Below are positions 28,013 to 37,578 of a DNA stretch of 53,881 nt, one piece after another (position 1 is the stretch's first letter; every line of letters starts with the position of its first letter). The notes beneath the pieces were generated by a model. That model did not search any database. It worked only from the letters and a program-made list of their open reading frames with translations, and was not told where the DNA came from. This DNA is from a candidate division WOR-3 bacterium. Its GTDB lineage: Bacteria; Hydrothermota; Tepidihabitantia; Tepidihabitantales; Tepidihabitantaceae. The position numbers and the translations under genes are program-made. The stretch spans positions 1 through 53,881 of the forward strand of contig JBDRUH010000004.1 of the NCBI GenBank assembly GCA_039801225.1, given 5' to 3'.

Positions 28013-29500
28013 TCAGGGCTCAATCGCCACAAACATCGGCTGCCCGGCCCTTTTTATATAACACAACACCGGCTCTTTTGTTTGAGAGAGTTTTTCTATC
28101 ACTTCAATAAAATGGGACTTATTCCTGATCTCCTCCTCACCAATCTTGACAATAACATCGCCTGGTTCTATGCCCGCCTTATCACCCGTGCTACCCGATT
28201 CTACTGAGACCACCTTAACCCCTCCCTTAACATTATTTACTTTCTCTTCCTCAAGTGAAAGATTGCTGACCTTAAGACCTAACCAGTTCCCTTCTGACTT
28301 TTCCTTTTCTATTGAGCCCCTCGCCTGGGTTTCTTCAGGAAACTGCCCGAGTATTATGGCTATTTTCTTCTTTTGACCCTGCCGGATTATGGTCAAGTTT
28401 ACTTTGGTGCCGGGCTTCATTTCAGCAATCTCCTGACGGAACTGTTCCACTCCCTTGGGTGGCACACCATTAACCTCAACAATCACATCACCCACCTGCA
28501 ATCCTGCCTTCTCTGCTGGGGTATTGGGAAGAACTTCACTGATTAGCACCCCGTTCTTATCTTCCAACTTAAGTGCCCGTCTTAAATTATCGGTAACCTC
28601 CTGTGGTCTTATACCAAGATAACCTCGCACCACCTTACCGTGAGCGATTAACTGCTCTACCACTGACTTAACAAACCTAACCGGCACGGCAAAACCAATC
28701 CCGACATTGGCGCCCACCGGTGAGCGTAATGCGGTATTAATCCCGATAAGTTCTCCCCGGATATTCACCAATGCCCCGCCCGAATTGCCGGGGTTGATCG
28801 CAGCATCGGTCTGGATGAAATCCTGCCGGGTCGGTCCCTCAGGTAATGGAATTCCCGACCTCCCGGTCGCAGAAATTACCCCTACGGTCACGGTACTTTG
28901 CAAACCAAACGGGTTACCAATTGCGATTGCCCAGTCGCCAACCTTAATGCTTGCTGGGTCCGCATACTTAATCGCTGGCAAAGGGCTCTTGGCATTTATC
29001 TTTATCACCGCCAGATCGGTCTCTTGGTCTCGCCCAACAATCTTAACATTTTTCCCCTTAAACTCAGTCCCATCAGAAAGCTTCACCACAATATTATCAT
29101 ATCCGGCAACCACATGGTTATTGGTGACAATATATCCATCCTCACTGATTATTACCCCGGAACCTAAAGAATTGATATGCTGTTCTGGAACAGGCATCCC
29201 CCGGAAAAACTCCTTAAAAAACTCCTCAAAAGGACCTTCTATATTGGGAAAAATTGATTCTTCAGAACTCTTAACCACCTTCTCTGCAGAAATGTTGACA
29301 ACCGTGGGAATCACCTTCTCAGCGACCGCAACAAAAGGACTCTCCTGACCGGTTATCGGCTGGGTGCTTGAAACCTGCGCCTCTGCTACTCGGGGAGTTA
29401 AATTAAAAACACTAGCAAAAACAAGACCGAGAACAAACGCGACAATTGTGCATGGTGCTACGATCAGTCCAATCAGTTTTAATGACACTCTTTTCTCCAT
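28013..29500 (-). CDS. degP: DegP/HtrA (Do family) serine endoprotease with two PDZ domains
   Basis: SLGSGVII, TNNHVV, TDLAVIK, AIGNPFGL, IQTDAAINPGNSGG, two PDZ domains. Confidence 0.93.
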   Translation of the reverse strand: MEKRVSLKLIGLIVAPCTIVAFVLGLVFASVFNLTPRVAEAQVSSTQPITGQESPFVAVAEKVIPTVVNISAEKVVKSSEESIFPNIEGPFEEFFKEFFRGMPVPEQHINSLGSGVIISEDGYIVTNNHVVAGYDNIVVKLSDGTEFKGKNVKIVGRDQETDLAVIKINAKSPLPAIKYADPASIKVGDWAIAIGNPFGLQSTVTVGVISATGRSGIPLPEGPTRQDFIQTDAAINPGNSGGALVNIRGELIGINTALRSPVGANVGIGFAVPVRFVKSVVEQLIAHGKVVRGYLGIRPQEVTDNLRRALKLEDKNGVLISEVLPNTPAEKAGLQVGDVIVEVNGVPPKGVEQFRQEIAEMKPGTKVNLTIIRQGQKKKIAIILGQFPEETQARGSIEKEKSEGNWLGLKVSNLSLEEEKVNNVKGGVKVVSVESGSTGDKAGIEPGDVIVKIGEEEIRNKSHFIEVIEKLSQTKEPVLCYIKRAGQPMFVAIEP

Positions 29501-29520
29501 ACCGAACTCCTTTTTATAAA

Positions 29521-29549
29521 TTAGACCCCATTTACTATTCTTAAGTTTC
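29521..29549 (-). promoter_or_regulatory. ECF/sigmaE-type promoter of degP (GAAACTT-N16-GTCTAA)
   Basis: Minus strand reads gaaactt aagaatagtaaatggg gtctaa, then RBS AAAGGAG; resembles the RpoE consensus GGAACTT-N16-GTCTAA. Confidence 0.6.
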
Positions 29550-29565
29550 AGTTCTCGCCATTAAC

Positions 29566-30141
29566 TCAAGACCCGAGCAACTTCCCACCGACACTATTTG
29601 CCCATAACTCCAAAAATTTAACCCCCTTCTCCTTCGCAACCTGACCCTGCCTCTGAAGATATTCCAGACAGGTAGTAATCTCTTCCGGCTCAAGCCGCCT
29701 CAGCCCCTTTTCACCATCTTTATGCCACCGGACCACCAGCATCAACCCTTCCATCACCATCTGGGTATTAACATTTGGCGAACGAAACTCATATATCACC
29801 CCCCGGGAGAGCGCCCGCTGCGTTCTTAACACATTATCAATCGCTTCCAAAACCTCATCTTCAGACAGATTAAAATTAGCTCTCGCCCGTATTTTCACTA
29901 CTGTCATCCGAAGATTATGCAGCACCTCAAAAAATTTAACTTCAAACCTGTTATCACCGGCTAAATTTACCAGACGCTTCAGCGCCTGAGTCCGTGCCTC
30001 CGCGAGATGCTGGCATTCTTCAACACAACGGATTGTCTTATTCCGACTCTTACCGCAACATTTTGAGCAAATTGGCTCGCGCAGTACCGGGCAAAACCGA
30101 CGCGGCGACCGGCCACCACACCGAACGCAAATCTCTTCCAT
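29566..30141 (-). CDS. Hypothetical protein with N-terminal Cys-rich zinc-binding domain (likely start MEEICVRC at 30141)
   Basis: CxxC..RRFCP....IC.KCCG..R...I.C..EC.HL motif followed by a helical domain. Confidence 0.65.
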   Translation of the reverse strand: MEEICVRCGGRSPRRFCPVLREPICSKCCGKSRNKTIRCVEECQHLAEARTQALKRLVNLAGDNRFEVKFFEVLHNLRMTVVKIRARANFNLSEDEVLEAIDNVLRTQRALSRGVIYEFRSPNVNTQMVMEGLMLVVRWHKDGEKGLRRLEPEEITTCLEYLQRQGQVAKEKGVKFLELWANSVGGKLLGS

Positions 30142-30237
30142 TTTTGACACAAATATTACCAAGGAACAACGATAAAGCAAGAAACGGTCACGACCCACGG
30201 ACACGGTTCACGGACTTCCGCGTTTCTTCACAAAAAC

Positions 30238-30265
30238 TTGACTCTATAAGAAATTCGCCTATTAT
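30238..30265 (+). promoter_or_regulatory. sigma70-type promoter TTGACT-N16-TATTAT directly before rpsR
   Basis: ATG at 30271/30274; no SD. Confidence 0.6.
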
Positions 30266-30270
30266 ATTTT

Positions 30271-30483
30271 ATGATGAGAGAAAAACTAAGTAATAGTTCC
30301 CAGAAATGCCCTTTTTGTGAAGAGGGCGTTCGTTATATTGACTATAAAGACCCCCGGCTCAAAGATTATCTCACCGAACGCGGCAGAATAGTCTCCTCTC
30401 GGGTCTCTGGCCTATGTGCCCTCCACCAGCGTCGGCTGGCAAAGGCAATAAAACGGGCACGCAATTTAGCCATTTTACCCTAA
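30271..30483 (+). CDS. rpsR: 30S ribosomal protein S18 (zinc-binding type)
   Basis: KCPFC...[14 protein letters not shown]...RVSG.CA.HQR.LA.AIKRAR.LA.LP. Confidence 0.95.
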   Translation: MMREKLSNSSQKCPFCEEGVRYIDYKDPRLKDYLTERGRIVSSRVSGLCALHQRRLAKAIKRARNLAILP

Positions 30484-30489
30484 GGCTTT

Positions 30490-30939
30490 ATGAAAGTTAT
30501 CCTTCTTTCCGACATTAAAGAACTCGGCAAACAAGGAGAAGTTGTGGAGGTCCGGGACGGATTTGCCCGTAACTACCTTTTGCCCCGCAAAATGGCGATA
30601 GTGGCGAATGAAAGAAATCTTCGGCAACTGGAAAGTATTAAAAAAACGCTGGCGAGCCGTGAGGCAAAGCGCACCAAGCGACTTAGTGAATTGGCCGAGC
30701 GACTCGGACTATTAACTCTCAAAACCACCCTCAAAATGGGCGCTGAGGGCGCTTTTGGCGCAATCACCAACGCCGACATCGCCGAATTATTAAAAAAAGC
30801 CGGACAGGAGGTTGATAAGCACGCGATTGTTTTAGAAGAGCCGATCAAAGCGCCCGGGGTGTATGATATTTTAATAAAATTAGGTCAAGAAATTACCGCT
30901 ACGGTGAAGTTATGGGTGGTTGAAGAAGTAGTAAGTTAA
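30490..30939 (+). CDS. rplI: 50S ribosomal protein L9
   Basis: MKVILL.D...LGK.GEVVEVRDGFARNYLLP, FGAIT..DI, PIK..G.Y. Confidence 0.96.
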   Translation: MKVILLSDIKELGKQGEVVEVRDGFARNYLLPRKMAIVANERNLRQLESIKKTLASREAKRTKRLSELAERLGLLTLKTTLKMGAEGAFGAITNADIAELLKKAGQEVDKHAIVLEEPIKAPGVYDILIKLGQEITATVKLWVVEEVVS

Positions 30940-30950
30940 AAACCTGTTTT

Positions 30951-31433
30951 ATGATTGAAGTCAAAGTTGATGCGGTTCTGTTTAATAACTCCGCCAATGC
31001 ACCGGTGATGCTTTTACGGGAGGTCGGTGGCAAGAGGGTGTTACCAGTATCTATCGGTATCGCAGAAGCATCAACTATCTCTTATGCCCTTCAAGGTGTT
31101 CAATATGTCCGTCCGCTAACCGTAGATTTGATGCGGAATATAATCCACGGACTCAATGGTTCGCTGAGCCGGGTTATCATCACAAAATTGGAGGACAACA
31201 CCTTCTATGCCGAACTGATAATTGAAACTCGCGAAGGAATCCTTGCCTTAGATGCCCGACCTTCGGACTCAGTCGGACTGGCATTGCGAATGGGTGCACC
31301 AATATTTGTTGAGGATGATGTAATGGACAACGCGGGACAGTGGCTCTCTGATGAAGATGAGGTGCACCTTGAGGAATTACGGACAAAACTGCGGCACATC
31401 AACCCTGAAGATTTTGGTAGTTCTCAGGTTTAG
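30951..31433 (+). CDS. Bifunctional nuclease family protein (DUF151)
   Basis: LPVSIG.AEA..I, RPLT.DL, TFYA.L, LDARPSDSVGLALR..APIFV. Confidence 0.88.
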   Translation: MIEVKVDAVLFNNSANAPVMLLREVGGKRVLPVSIGIAEASTISYALQGVQYVRPLTVDLMRNIIHGLNGSLSRVIITKLEDNTFYAELIIETREGILALDARPSDSVGLALRMGAPIFVEDDVMDNAGQWLSDEDEVHLEELRTKLRHINPEDFGSSQV

Positions 31434-31439
31434 TTTCGG

Positions 31440-32669
31440 GTGAACGAACCGAAAGGGACGCTCCATAGTAAAAAAATTAGCCATCTGGAATTAATAAAAA
31501 AGGGGGTTGAGCGTTTAGAAACCGAAGCAGAACTTTTAGAACTTCTAAATAGTTCCGCTATCCAAGGTAAACCCCTCCGGGTAAAATTGGGCATTGATGC
31601 TTCGGCACCCGACATCCATCTTGGTTTTGCAGTTGTTCTGCGTAAGCTTCGGCAATTTCAGGATTTAGGTCATACAGCCGTGCTGATTGTTGGTGACTTC
31701 ACCGGCAGAATCGGCGACCCGACCGGCAGAATCAAAACAAGGCGACAACTTACACCAGAAGAAGTTCAGAAAAACATCCTCAACTACCAAAAACAAATCT
31801 TTAAAATCCTCTGTCCGGAACGATGCGAGTTCTATTATAACTCCCAATGGCACGACCGACTCAAAAGTGCCGACATTATAAACATCGCTGCCCATTACAC
31901 CCTTGCCCGGCTAATTGAGCGGGAAGACTTCAAAACCCGGCTACAAGACGGAACACCGGTTTTTGTCCACGAAATTCTTTACCCTTTATTTCAGGGTTAT
32001 GATTCGATAATGGTAAAGGCGGATATAGAATTAGGCGGCGCTGACCAGTACTGGAATCTTCTCGTAGGCAGGGAACTTCAGACCCGGTTTGGACAAAAAC
32101 CTCAGGTGGTCATCACGGTACCTCTGCTTGTTGGTACTGACGGCAAACTAAAGATGTCCAAAACCTATGGTAATTATATTGGCATCACCGAACCACCGGT
32201 AGAGATGTTTGGTAAATTGATGTCCATCCCCGACCAGGTAATATTAGACTATTTCCGTCTGGCAACCGATAAAAGCGATGATGAGATTTTTGAAATTGAA
32301 AAGCGGTTGAAGGCGGGTGAAAATCCGCGCAATATCAAGGCAGAACTGGCAGAAACAATAGTTGCTATGTATCATTCCCCAGGCGCAGCACAGACCGCAA
32401 GAGAGGAGTTTGACCGGGTCTTCAAAGAGAGAAAAACACCCACCGCCATACCAGAGTTCAGCCTGCCCCCAGAAGGAATAAACATAATTGAATTGATTGT
32501 TAGCGGCGGATTGCTGCCTTCTAAGAGCGAAGCACGACGCAAGCTCCAGGAAGGCGCGGTGTATATTGACGGCAACCGGATAACCGATTTAAATCTGGTC
32601 GTCAAACCTGGCATTTGCCCGATGGTGCTAAAAGTGGGTAAACGCCGCTTCCTCCGGCTCAAGGGTTAG
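31440..32669 (+). CDS. tyrS: Tyrosine--tRNA ligase
   Basis: KLGIDASAPDIHLG, GDFTGRIGDPTG, YPLFQGYDS, ELGGADQ, KMSK, C-terminal S4 domain. Confidence 0.95.
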   Translation: MNEPKGTLHSKKISHLELIKKGVERLETEAELLELLNSSAIQGKPLRVKLGIDASAPDIHLGFAVVLRKLRQFQDLGHTAVLIVGDFTGRIGDPTGRIKTRRQLTPEEVQKNILNYQKQIFKILCPERCEFYYNSQWHDRLKSADIINIAAHYTLARLIEREDFKTRLQDGTPVFVHEILYPLFQGYDSIMVKADIELGGADQYWNLLVGRELQTRFGQKPQVVITVPLLVGTDGKLKMSKTYGNYIGITEPPVEMFGKLMSIPDQVILDYFRLATDKSDDEIFEIEKRLKAGENPRNIKAELAETIVAMYHSPGAAQTAREEFDRVFKERKTPTAIPEFSLPPEGINIIELIVSGGLLPSKSEARRKLQEGAVYIDGNRITDLNLVVKPGICPMVLKVGKRRFLRLKG

Positions 32670-32749
32670 CTCATAGTTCACAAGAACCCATAATCATTCT
32701 ATGTTTGACTATTTTCTTTTATAGTTTAAAATTCTTCAAAAGGAGTGAT

Positions 32750-33082
32750 ATGGAAGAAAAACAACCGTCTCAGGTGCCGCCCGTTGTTCCAACACCCGGT
32801 GGGCAACCTCTTCAAGTAGAAATCGGGGAAAAAGAGTCTGAAGGTATCTATTCCAACTTTGTCCTTATTGCCCATTCGGGTTCAGAGTTCATTATTGACT
32901 TTGCCCGGCTCCTACCCGGGCTGCCTAAGGCAAAAGTCTTCTCCCGGATTGTTATGACGCCCCAACACGCCCTTTTGCTTCACGAGGCTCTAACAGAAAA
33001 CATCAAAAAATATGAGGCGCGATTCGGCAAAATAAAAGTCCACGGGCAGAGAGAGGATAGCGCCAAAACTCTTGGCTTTTAA
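32750..33082 (+). CDS. DUF3467 family protein (true start likely ATG 32750)
   Basis: EGIYSNFVLIAHS.SEFIIDF, SRIVMTPQHA, ENIKKYEARFGKI; RBS AAGGAG and an upstream TTGACT-N16-TAAAAT (32705-32732). Confidence 0.8.
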   Translation: MEEKQPSQVPPVVPTPGGQPLQVEIGEKESEGIYSNFVLIAHSGSEFIIDFARLLPGLPKAKVFSRIVMTPQHALLLHEALTENIKKYEARFGKIKVHGQREDSAKTLGF

Positions 33083-33097
33083 TTAGGACAGACATTT

Positions 33098-34387
33098 ATG
33101 TCTGTCAGGTTGAGGTTACCTAAAGAGATAATTACAATAGCCACAGTTGCCCAGAGAATGGGAGGCAGGGTCTTTCTTGTCGGTGGTCCGGTACGGGATA
33201 GCCTTATTGGCTATCTTAGTCCAGACTGGGACCTGGCGGTTGACCTCAGACAGCCGACAGCCAACAGCCGACAGCCGACAGCGAAACTGAAGAAATTTTT
33301 GGCGGAAACAGCTCGGCAACTACCAGCCAGGTTTGTTTTTCATACCCGTTTCCTAACCGCGACGATTGAACTGAAAAACTCCGACCCACCTAAGAGAATA
33401 GACATATCCCATACCCGACAGGAGTTTTATCCTCATCCTGGCTCATTGCCCATAGTAAAACCGGCATCCATTGAAGAGGACCTCTATCGCCGGGATTTTA
33501 CCATTAATGCAATGGCAGTTGAGTTAACACCACCTTCCGCCTTCCGCCTTTCGCCTTCCGCCTTCCGACTTATTGACCCCTACAACGGTCAAGGAGATTT
33601 AAGCCGACGCCTCATTCGGATTATCCACCCGGAAAGTTTCATTCTTGACCCAACAAGAATTTTCCGGGGAATTAGATTTGCCATCCGATTGGGTTATGAA
33701 ATTGAGTCGGGGACGCTATATCTCCTCCGAAAAACGGTAAGGGAAAAATATCCGGCGCTCTTAACGCCCGAGCGGGTTCTCTACGAGTTGCGTTGCATCG
33801 TTAAAGAAAAAGAGGCATTAAAAATACTTGAGGCAATAGTCCACGAAGGGGTTTTAGCGGCCGCATGGAACTGGCAGCCACCGGACAATTTTCTCACCGA
33901 AGTAAAAAAAGTGGTGCAAAGCGGTCTCGGACCTGAGGTACTGTATAACTATCTTTTGAGCGTTCTACCGGTGGCAAACTCTTGGCCCATTACCCGGGAG
34001 GAAAGAGAGAGCCGTGCCGCACTTGAGAATTTCCTCAAAATTGAAAAAAAACTCCAGCAGGCAAATAAGCCCAGTAAAATTTACCAACTCTTGAAGGGAA
34101 CTCCGCTCCCGGCTCTAAAAATTCTTACCGCAATCAAAAACCGTTCCATTATCAAAAAAATTGAATTGTTTCTAAATGAACTTAACTTCGTCCAGCCCGC
34201 GCTCAAAGCCTCCGACTTAATGGCATTAGGCATCACTCCTGGACCGCTAATGGGAAAGATCACCCGAGAGTTATTATATGCAAAACTTGATAAAAGAGTC
34301 TCAACCCCGGCTGAAGAACTAATACTGGTAAAAAGTCTTCTTCAAAAGGTAAAAGGCCGACAGCCGACAGCCGACAGCCGACAGTGA
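33098..34387 (+). CDS. CCA-adding tRNA nucleotidyltransferase / poly(A) polymerase family
   Basis: LVGGPVRD, DWDL, R.EFYPHPGSLP, EDLYRRDFTINAMA, DPTRIFR.IRF; contains three heptamer-repeat insertions. Confidence 0.88.
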   Translation: MSVRLRLPKEIITIATVAQRMGGRVFLVGGPVRDSLIGYLSPDWDLAVDLRQPTANSRQPTAKLKKFLAETARQLPARFVFHTRFLTATIELKNSDPPKRIDISHTRQEFYPHPGSLPIVKPASIEEDLYRRDFTINAMAVELTPPSAFRLSPSAFRLIDPYNGQGDLSRRLIRIIHPESFILDPTRIFRGIRFAIRLGYEIESGTLYLLRKTVREKYPALLTPERVLYELRCIVKEKEALKILEAIVHEGVLAAAWNWQPPDNFLTEVKKVVQSGLGPEVLYNYLLSVLPVANSWPITREERESRAALENFLKIEKKLQQANKPSKIYQLLKGTPLPALKILTAIKNRSIIKKIELFLNELNFVQPALKASDLMALGITPGPLMGKITRELLYAKLDKRVSTPAEELILVKSLLQKVKGRQPTADSRQ

Positions 34388-35007
34388 TGGACCTGGGCGA
34401 ACTTCTAATCTCACTACCGGCGATTCTCTTCGGACTCACGATTCACGAATTCAGCCACGGTTATGTCGCATATCTTTTGGGCGACCCGACCGCTCGCTAC
34501 GAGGGAAGACTCACGCTCAATCCGCTCAAACACCTTGACCCGATTGGCACCATCTTGCTTATCTTACCCTGGACGAGATTCGGCTGGGCACGACCGGTGC
34601 CCATTAACCCGAATAACTTCCGGCGTCCCTTGCGCGATATGGCAATTACCGCCGTCGCCGGACCATTAGCCAATTTCCTATTGGCAATAATTGCCGGTTT
34701 AACTGCACGGCTCTTACTTCTCTTCGGTATCACCGGTTTTCCCTGGCATCTCGCCAGTAGTTTTGTCATCTTCAACTTAATCCTTGGCTTTTTTAACCTC
34801 CTGCCCATTCCACCGCTTGACGGCTCAAGATTGGTTTATTATCTTTTACCGCGAGCGGCGATGGCATCTTTCAGCAAACTGGAGCGACAAGGTTTTTTAG
34901 GCATCCTGGTCTTATTTCTCTTTGGCGCCCCCTTATTTAGGTTTTTTCTCTATCCGGTGGTATTAATTGTCGCCCGGTTCCTTTTAGGACAAGGGGTCTG
35001 GATTTAA
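34384..35007 (+). CDS. Site-2 protease (M50) family membrane metalloprotease
   Basis: HEFSH, GDPTA..GRLTLNPL.HLD, AGPLAN, FNLLPIPPLDG. Confidence 0.9.
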   Translation: MMDLGELLISLPAILFGLTIHEFSHGYVAYLLGDPTARYEGRLTLNPLKHLDPIGTILLILPWTRFGWARPVPINPNNFRRPLRDMAITAVAGPLANFLLAIIAGLTARLLLLFGITGFPWHLASSFVIFNLILGFFNLLPIPPLDGSRLVYYLLPRAAMASFSKLERQGFLGILVLFLFGAPLFRFFLYPVVLIVARFLLGQGVWI

Positions 35008-35013
35008 TTAATT

Positions 35014-37578
35014 ATGGCAACCAAAAGGAAAAGGCACCCCAAAGGGTTGTTGGGCTTTCTCTGGACTATCGCCATCGCCTTGGTTCTTTTTACCTCGCTC
35101 AGTCTATTCTCTTTTCTTTTTAAAGAAACTAACACCAACTATGCTGGACGGTTGGGCTATTACCTTGCCTCTGCCCTCTACTACCTTTTCGGAAAAATGA
35201 GCCTCTTTGTGCCCCTCCTCAGCGCCACCGCAATAATCCTTGGTCTGGTAAGAACCAAAAACTGGCGCCGATATAATGCCTTTTTAATTATTACCTTTAC
35301 CATATTTTTCGGGGCAAGCCTCCTCTCCTATTACTCTGGTCTCTCCGGCCCTCAAGAAAACTTCGGTGGTTGGATTGGTACCATATCAACTAAACTTCTT
35401 ACTCAGATTTTGGGACTGGGCACAGTGGCGCTTTGGGCATTAGGATTCTACTGGGGTTTTGTCCTCTGGTTCCGAAAGGCAAAACCTAAAGATATTACCC
35501 CATCATTATTTATCCTCCTCATAGGATTGTTTCTCATTTTATTCTTAGCCCATTTCCACGCCCCAGAAAAGGTCAGTGGATTATGCGGCAGGTTTATAGT
35601 AAACTCGCTAAAAGGACTTATTGGCAGCGCGGGAACCATCATCTTTCTTTTAGCAAGTTTAGTCATTATCATCCTCCTACTTGGCTCCAAAATTTCGGCG
35701 CTTTCCGGCTTAATTTTCTTCCTCAACAGGACAACCCACTGGATAAAAAACTCCTTTATTCGTGGTAAGGCGCTCTTATCTCCGAAAAAGAAACCCCTGC
35801 TCCAGATTGAAGTTCCCGCGGCCAAAGAAAAACAACCCGTCATAACAGAAACCCAAGGGGAAAAAGAGCCTTTGGAAACCATTCAAACCACAAGTGAAAA
35901 AATCCCCCCTTCAATTACCCCGCGACAGTTAATAAAATTTGACACTGCTGAATTCCAGCGCGATTTTTTGAACGCCCTTGACCAGCCTACTGACCAGAAT
36001 AAACTCTTTAAAGACCCCGCAGAGGCGGAAGCAGAAGGTAGACTATTACTAAACAAACTGAAGGAGTTTGGCATAGAAGGTAAACTCACCGCCATCCTCT
36101 CCGGTCCAATGATTACCAGATTTGAACTTGAGCCCGCCCCGGGTGTTCGCTGCAGCGGCATTGAAAGCCTTGCCGATGACATCGCCCTCGCCCTTTCCGC
36201 CGAGCGTGTGAGGATTCTTGCACCCATTCCCGGCAAGAGTGCGGTAGGTGTTGAAATTCCCAACAAAACCCGGCGGACGGTTTATCTCAAAGAGGTCATC
36301 ACCAGCGATGAATTTTCTCACCTTAACTCGCCCTTAGGTTTCGCCTTAGGAACAACCATCACCGGTGAACCTTACTGCGCTGACCTGAGGCAGATGCCCC
36401 ATATCCTTATCGCCGGCACCACCGGCTCTGGCAAATCGGTCTGCATCAACTCAATTATCATCTCCATCATCTACCGTTCCACTCCAGAGGAGGTGCGGTT
36501 TCTCACCATTGACCCAAAGCAATTAGAGTTGCCGGTATACAACTCCATCCCCCACCTTCTCTCCCAGACCACCATTAACCCGGAAAGGGTTGTCCACGAA
36601 CTTTCCCGAATTGTCAACATTATGGAGGCACGCTATAGCGAATTTGCCGAATTGGGCGTTCGGGACATCGCCTCATTCAACGCCCGCTGTGAGGAAATGG
36701 GCAAGCGGAAAAAGCCCTACATCGTTGTGGTGGTTGACGAACTTGCCGACCTGATGCAGCGTGCCCCGGCGGAAATTGAGGCACGGATTATTCGGCTCGC
36801 CCAGATGTCCCGGGCAGTTGGTATTCATCTCATTCTGGCAACCCAGCGACCATCGGTTGATGTGATAACCGGACTGATAAAGGCAAACTTCCCCTGCCGT
36901 ATCGCCTTCCAGGTAGCAACCAAGGTTGACTCACGAACAATTCTGGATGCCAATGGTGCCGAGTCGCTACTCGGTCGGGGCGATATGCTTTTTCTACCCC
37001 CGGGTAAAGGTGAGCCAATCCGACTCCACGGCTGCTTTGTCTCAGAAAGGGCGGCAAAGCGGGTGGTGGACCTCTGGGCAATCCGTTATCTCACCGAACT
37101 ACTTACCGGAATGGTTGATGCGCCACAAACCAAGGCAGAAGAGATTGTTGCCCAAGAATTGGTGGAACTCCTGTATGACCCGAAACGCTCGGCAAGAGGC
37201 AGAAAATTAGAACAGATTTATGAAATTCTTCCCGCTGAAGTCGTTGACAAACTTCTTTCCCGCCGGTATTATGAACCACTGAGCGAAGAAGGCGAGTGGG
37301 AAGAAAAGAGGGAGTTAGAGAGCGAAAGTGGTGAGGAAGAATACGATGAATTCTTTTTTGAGGCAGCCCGGCTGGTGGTTCGTCATCGTGAGGCATCGGT
37401 GTCTATGCTCCAGCGACGGTTAGATGTCGGCTGGGCAAGAGCGGGCAGAATCATTGACCAGTTGGAGCGTGCGGGAGTGGTAGGTCCTTATGCGGGAAGC
37501 AAACCGCGCAAGGTCTTGATTGAAAATGAAACCGATTTAGAGAAAAAGTTGAAGGAGTTAAGCGAGAAAAATGGTTAG
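35014..37578 (+). CDS. ftsK: DNA translocase FtsK
   Basis: N-terminal TMs, RILAPIPGK..VGVEIPN, PHILIAGTTGSGKS, VDELADLM, ATQRPSVDVITGLIKAN, gamma domain SVSMLQRRL..G..RAGRIID. Confidence 0.95.
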   Translation: MATKRKRHPKGLLGFLWTIAIALVLFTSLSLFSFLFKETNTNYAGRLGYYLASALYYLFGKMSLFVPLLSATAIILGLVRTKNWRRYNAFLIITFTIFFGASLLSYYSGLSGPQENFGGWIGTISTKLLTQILGLGTVALWALGFYWGFVLWFRKAKPKDITPSLFILLIGLFLILFLAHFHAPEKVSGLCGRFIVNSLKGLIGSAGTIIFLLASLVIIILLLGSKISALSGLIFFLNRTTHWIKNSFIRGKALLSPKKKPLLQIEVPAAKEKQPVITETQGEKEPLETIQTTSEKIPPSITPRQLIKFDTAEFQRDFLNALDQPTDQNKLFKDPAEAEAEGRLLLNKLKEFGIEGKLTAILSGPMITRFELEPAPGVRCSGIESLADDIALALSAERVRILAPIPGKSAVGVEIPNKTRRTVYLKEVITSDEFSHLNSPLGFALGTTITGEPYCADLRQMPHILIAGTTGSGKSVCINSIIISIIYRSTPEEVRFLTIDPKQLELPVYNSIPHLLSQTTINPERVVHELSRIVNIMEARYSEFAELGVRDIASFNARCEEMGKRKKPYIVVVVDELADLMQRAPAEIEARIIRLAQMSRAVGIHLILATQRPSVDVITGLIKANFPCRIAFQVATKVDSRTILDANGAESLLGRGDMLFLPPGKGEPIRLHGCFVSERAAKRVVDLWAIRYLTELLTGMVDAPQTKAEEIVAQELVELLYDPKRSARGRKLEQIYEILPAEVVDKLLSRRYYEPLSEEGEWEEKRELESESGEEEYDEFFFEAARLVVRHREASVSMLQRRLDVGWARAGRIIDQLERAGVVGPYAGSKPRKVLIENETDLEKKLKELSEKNG

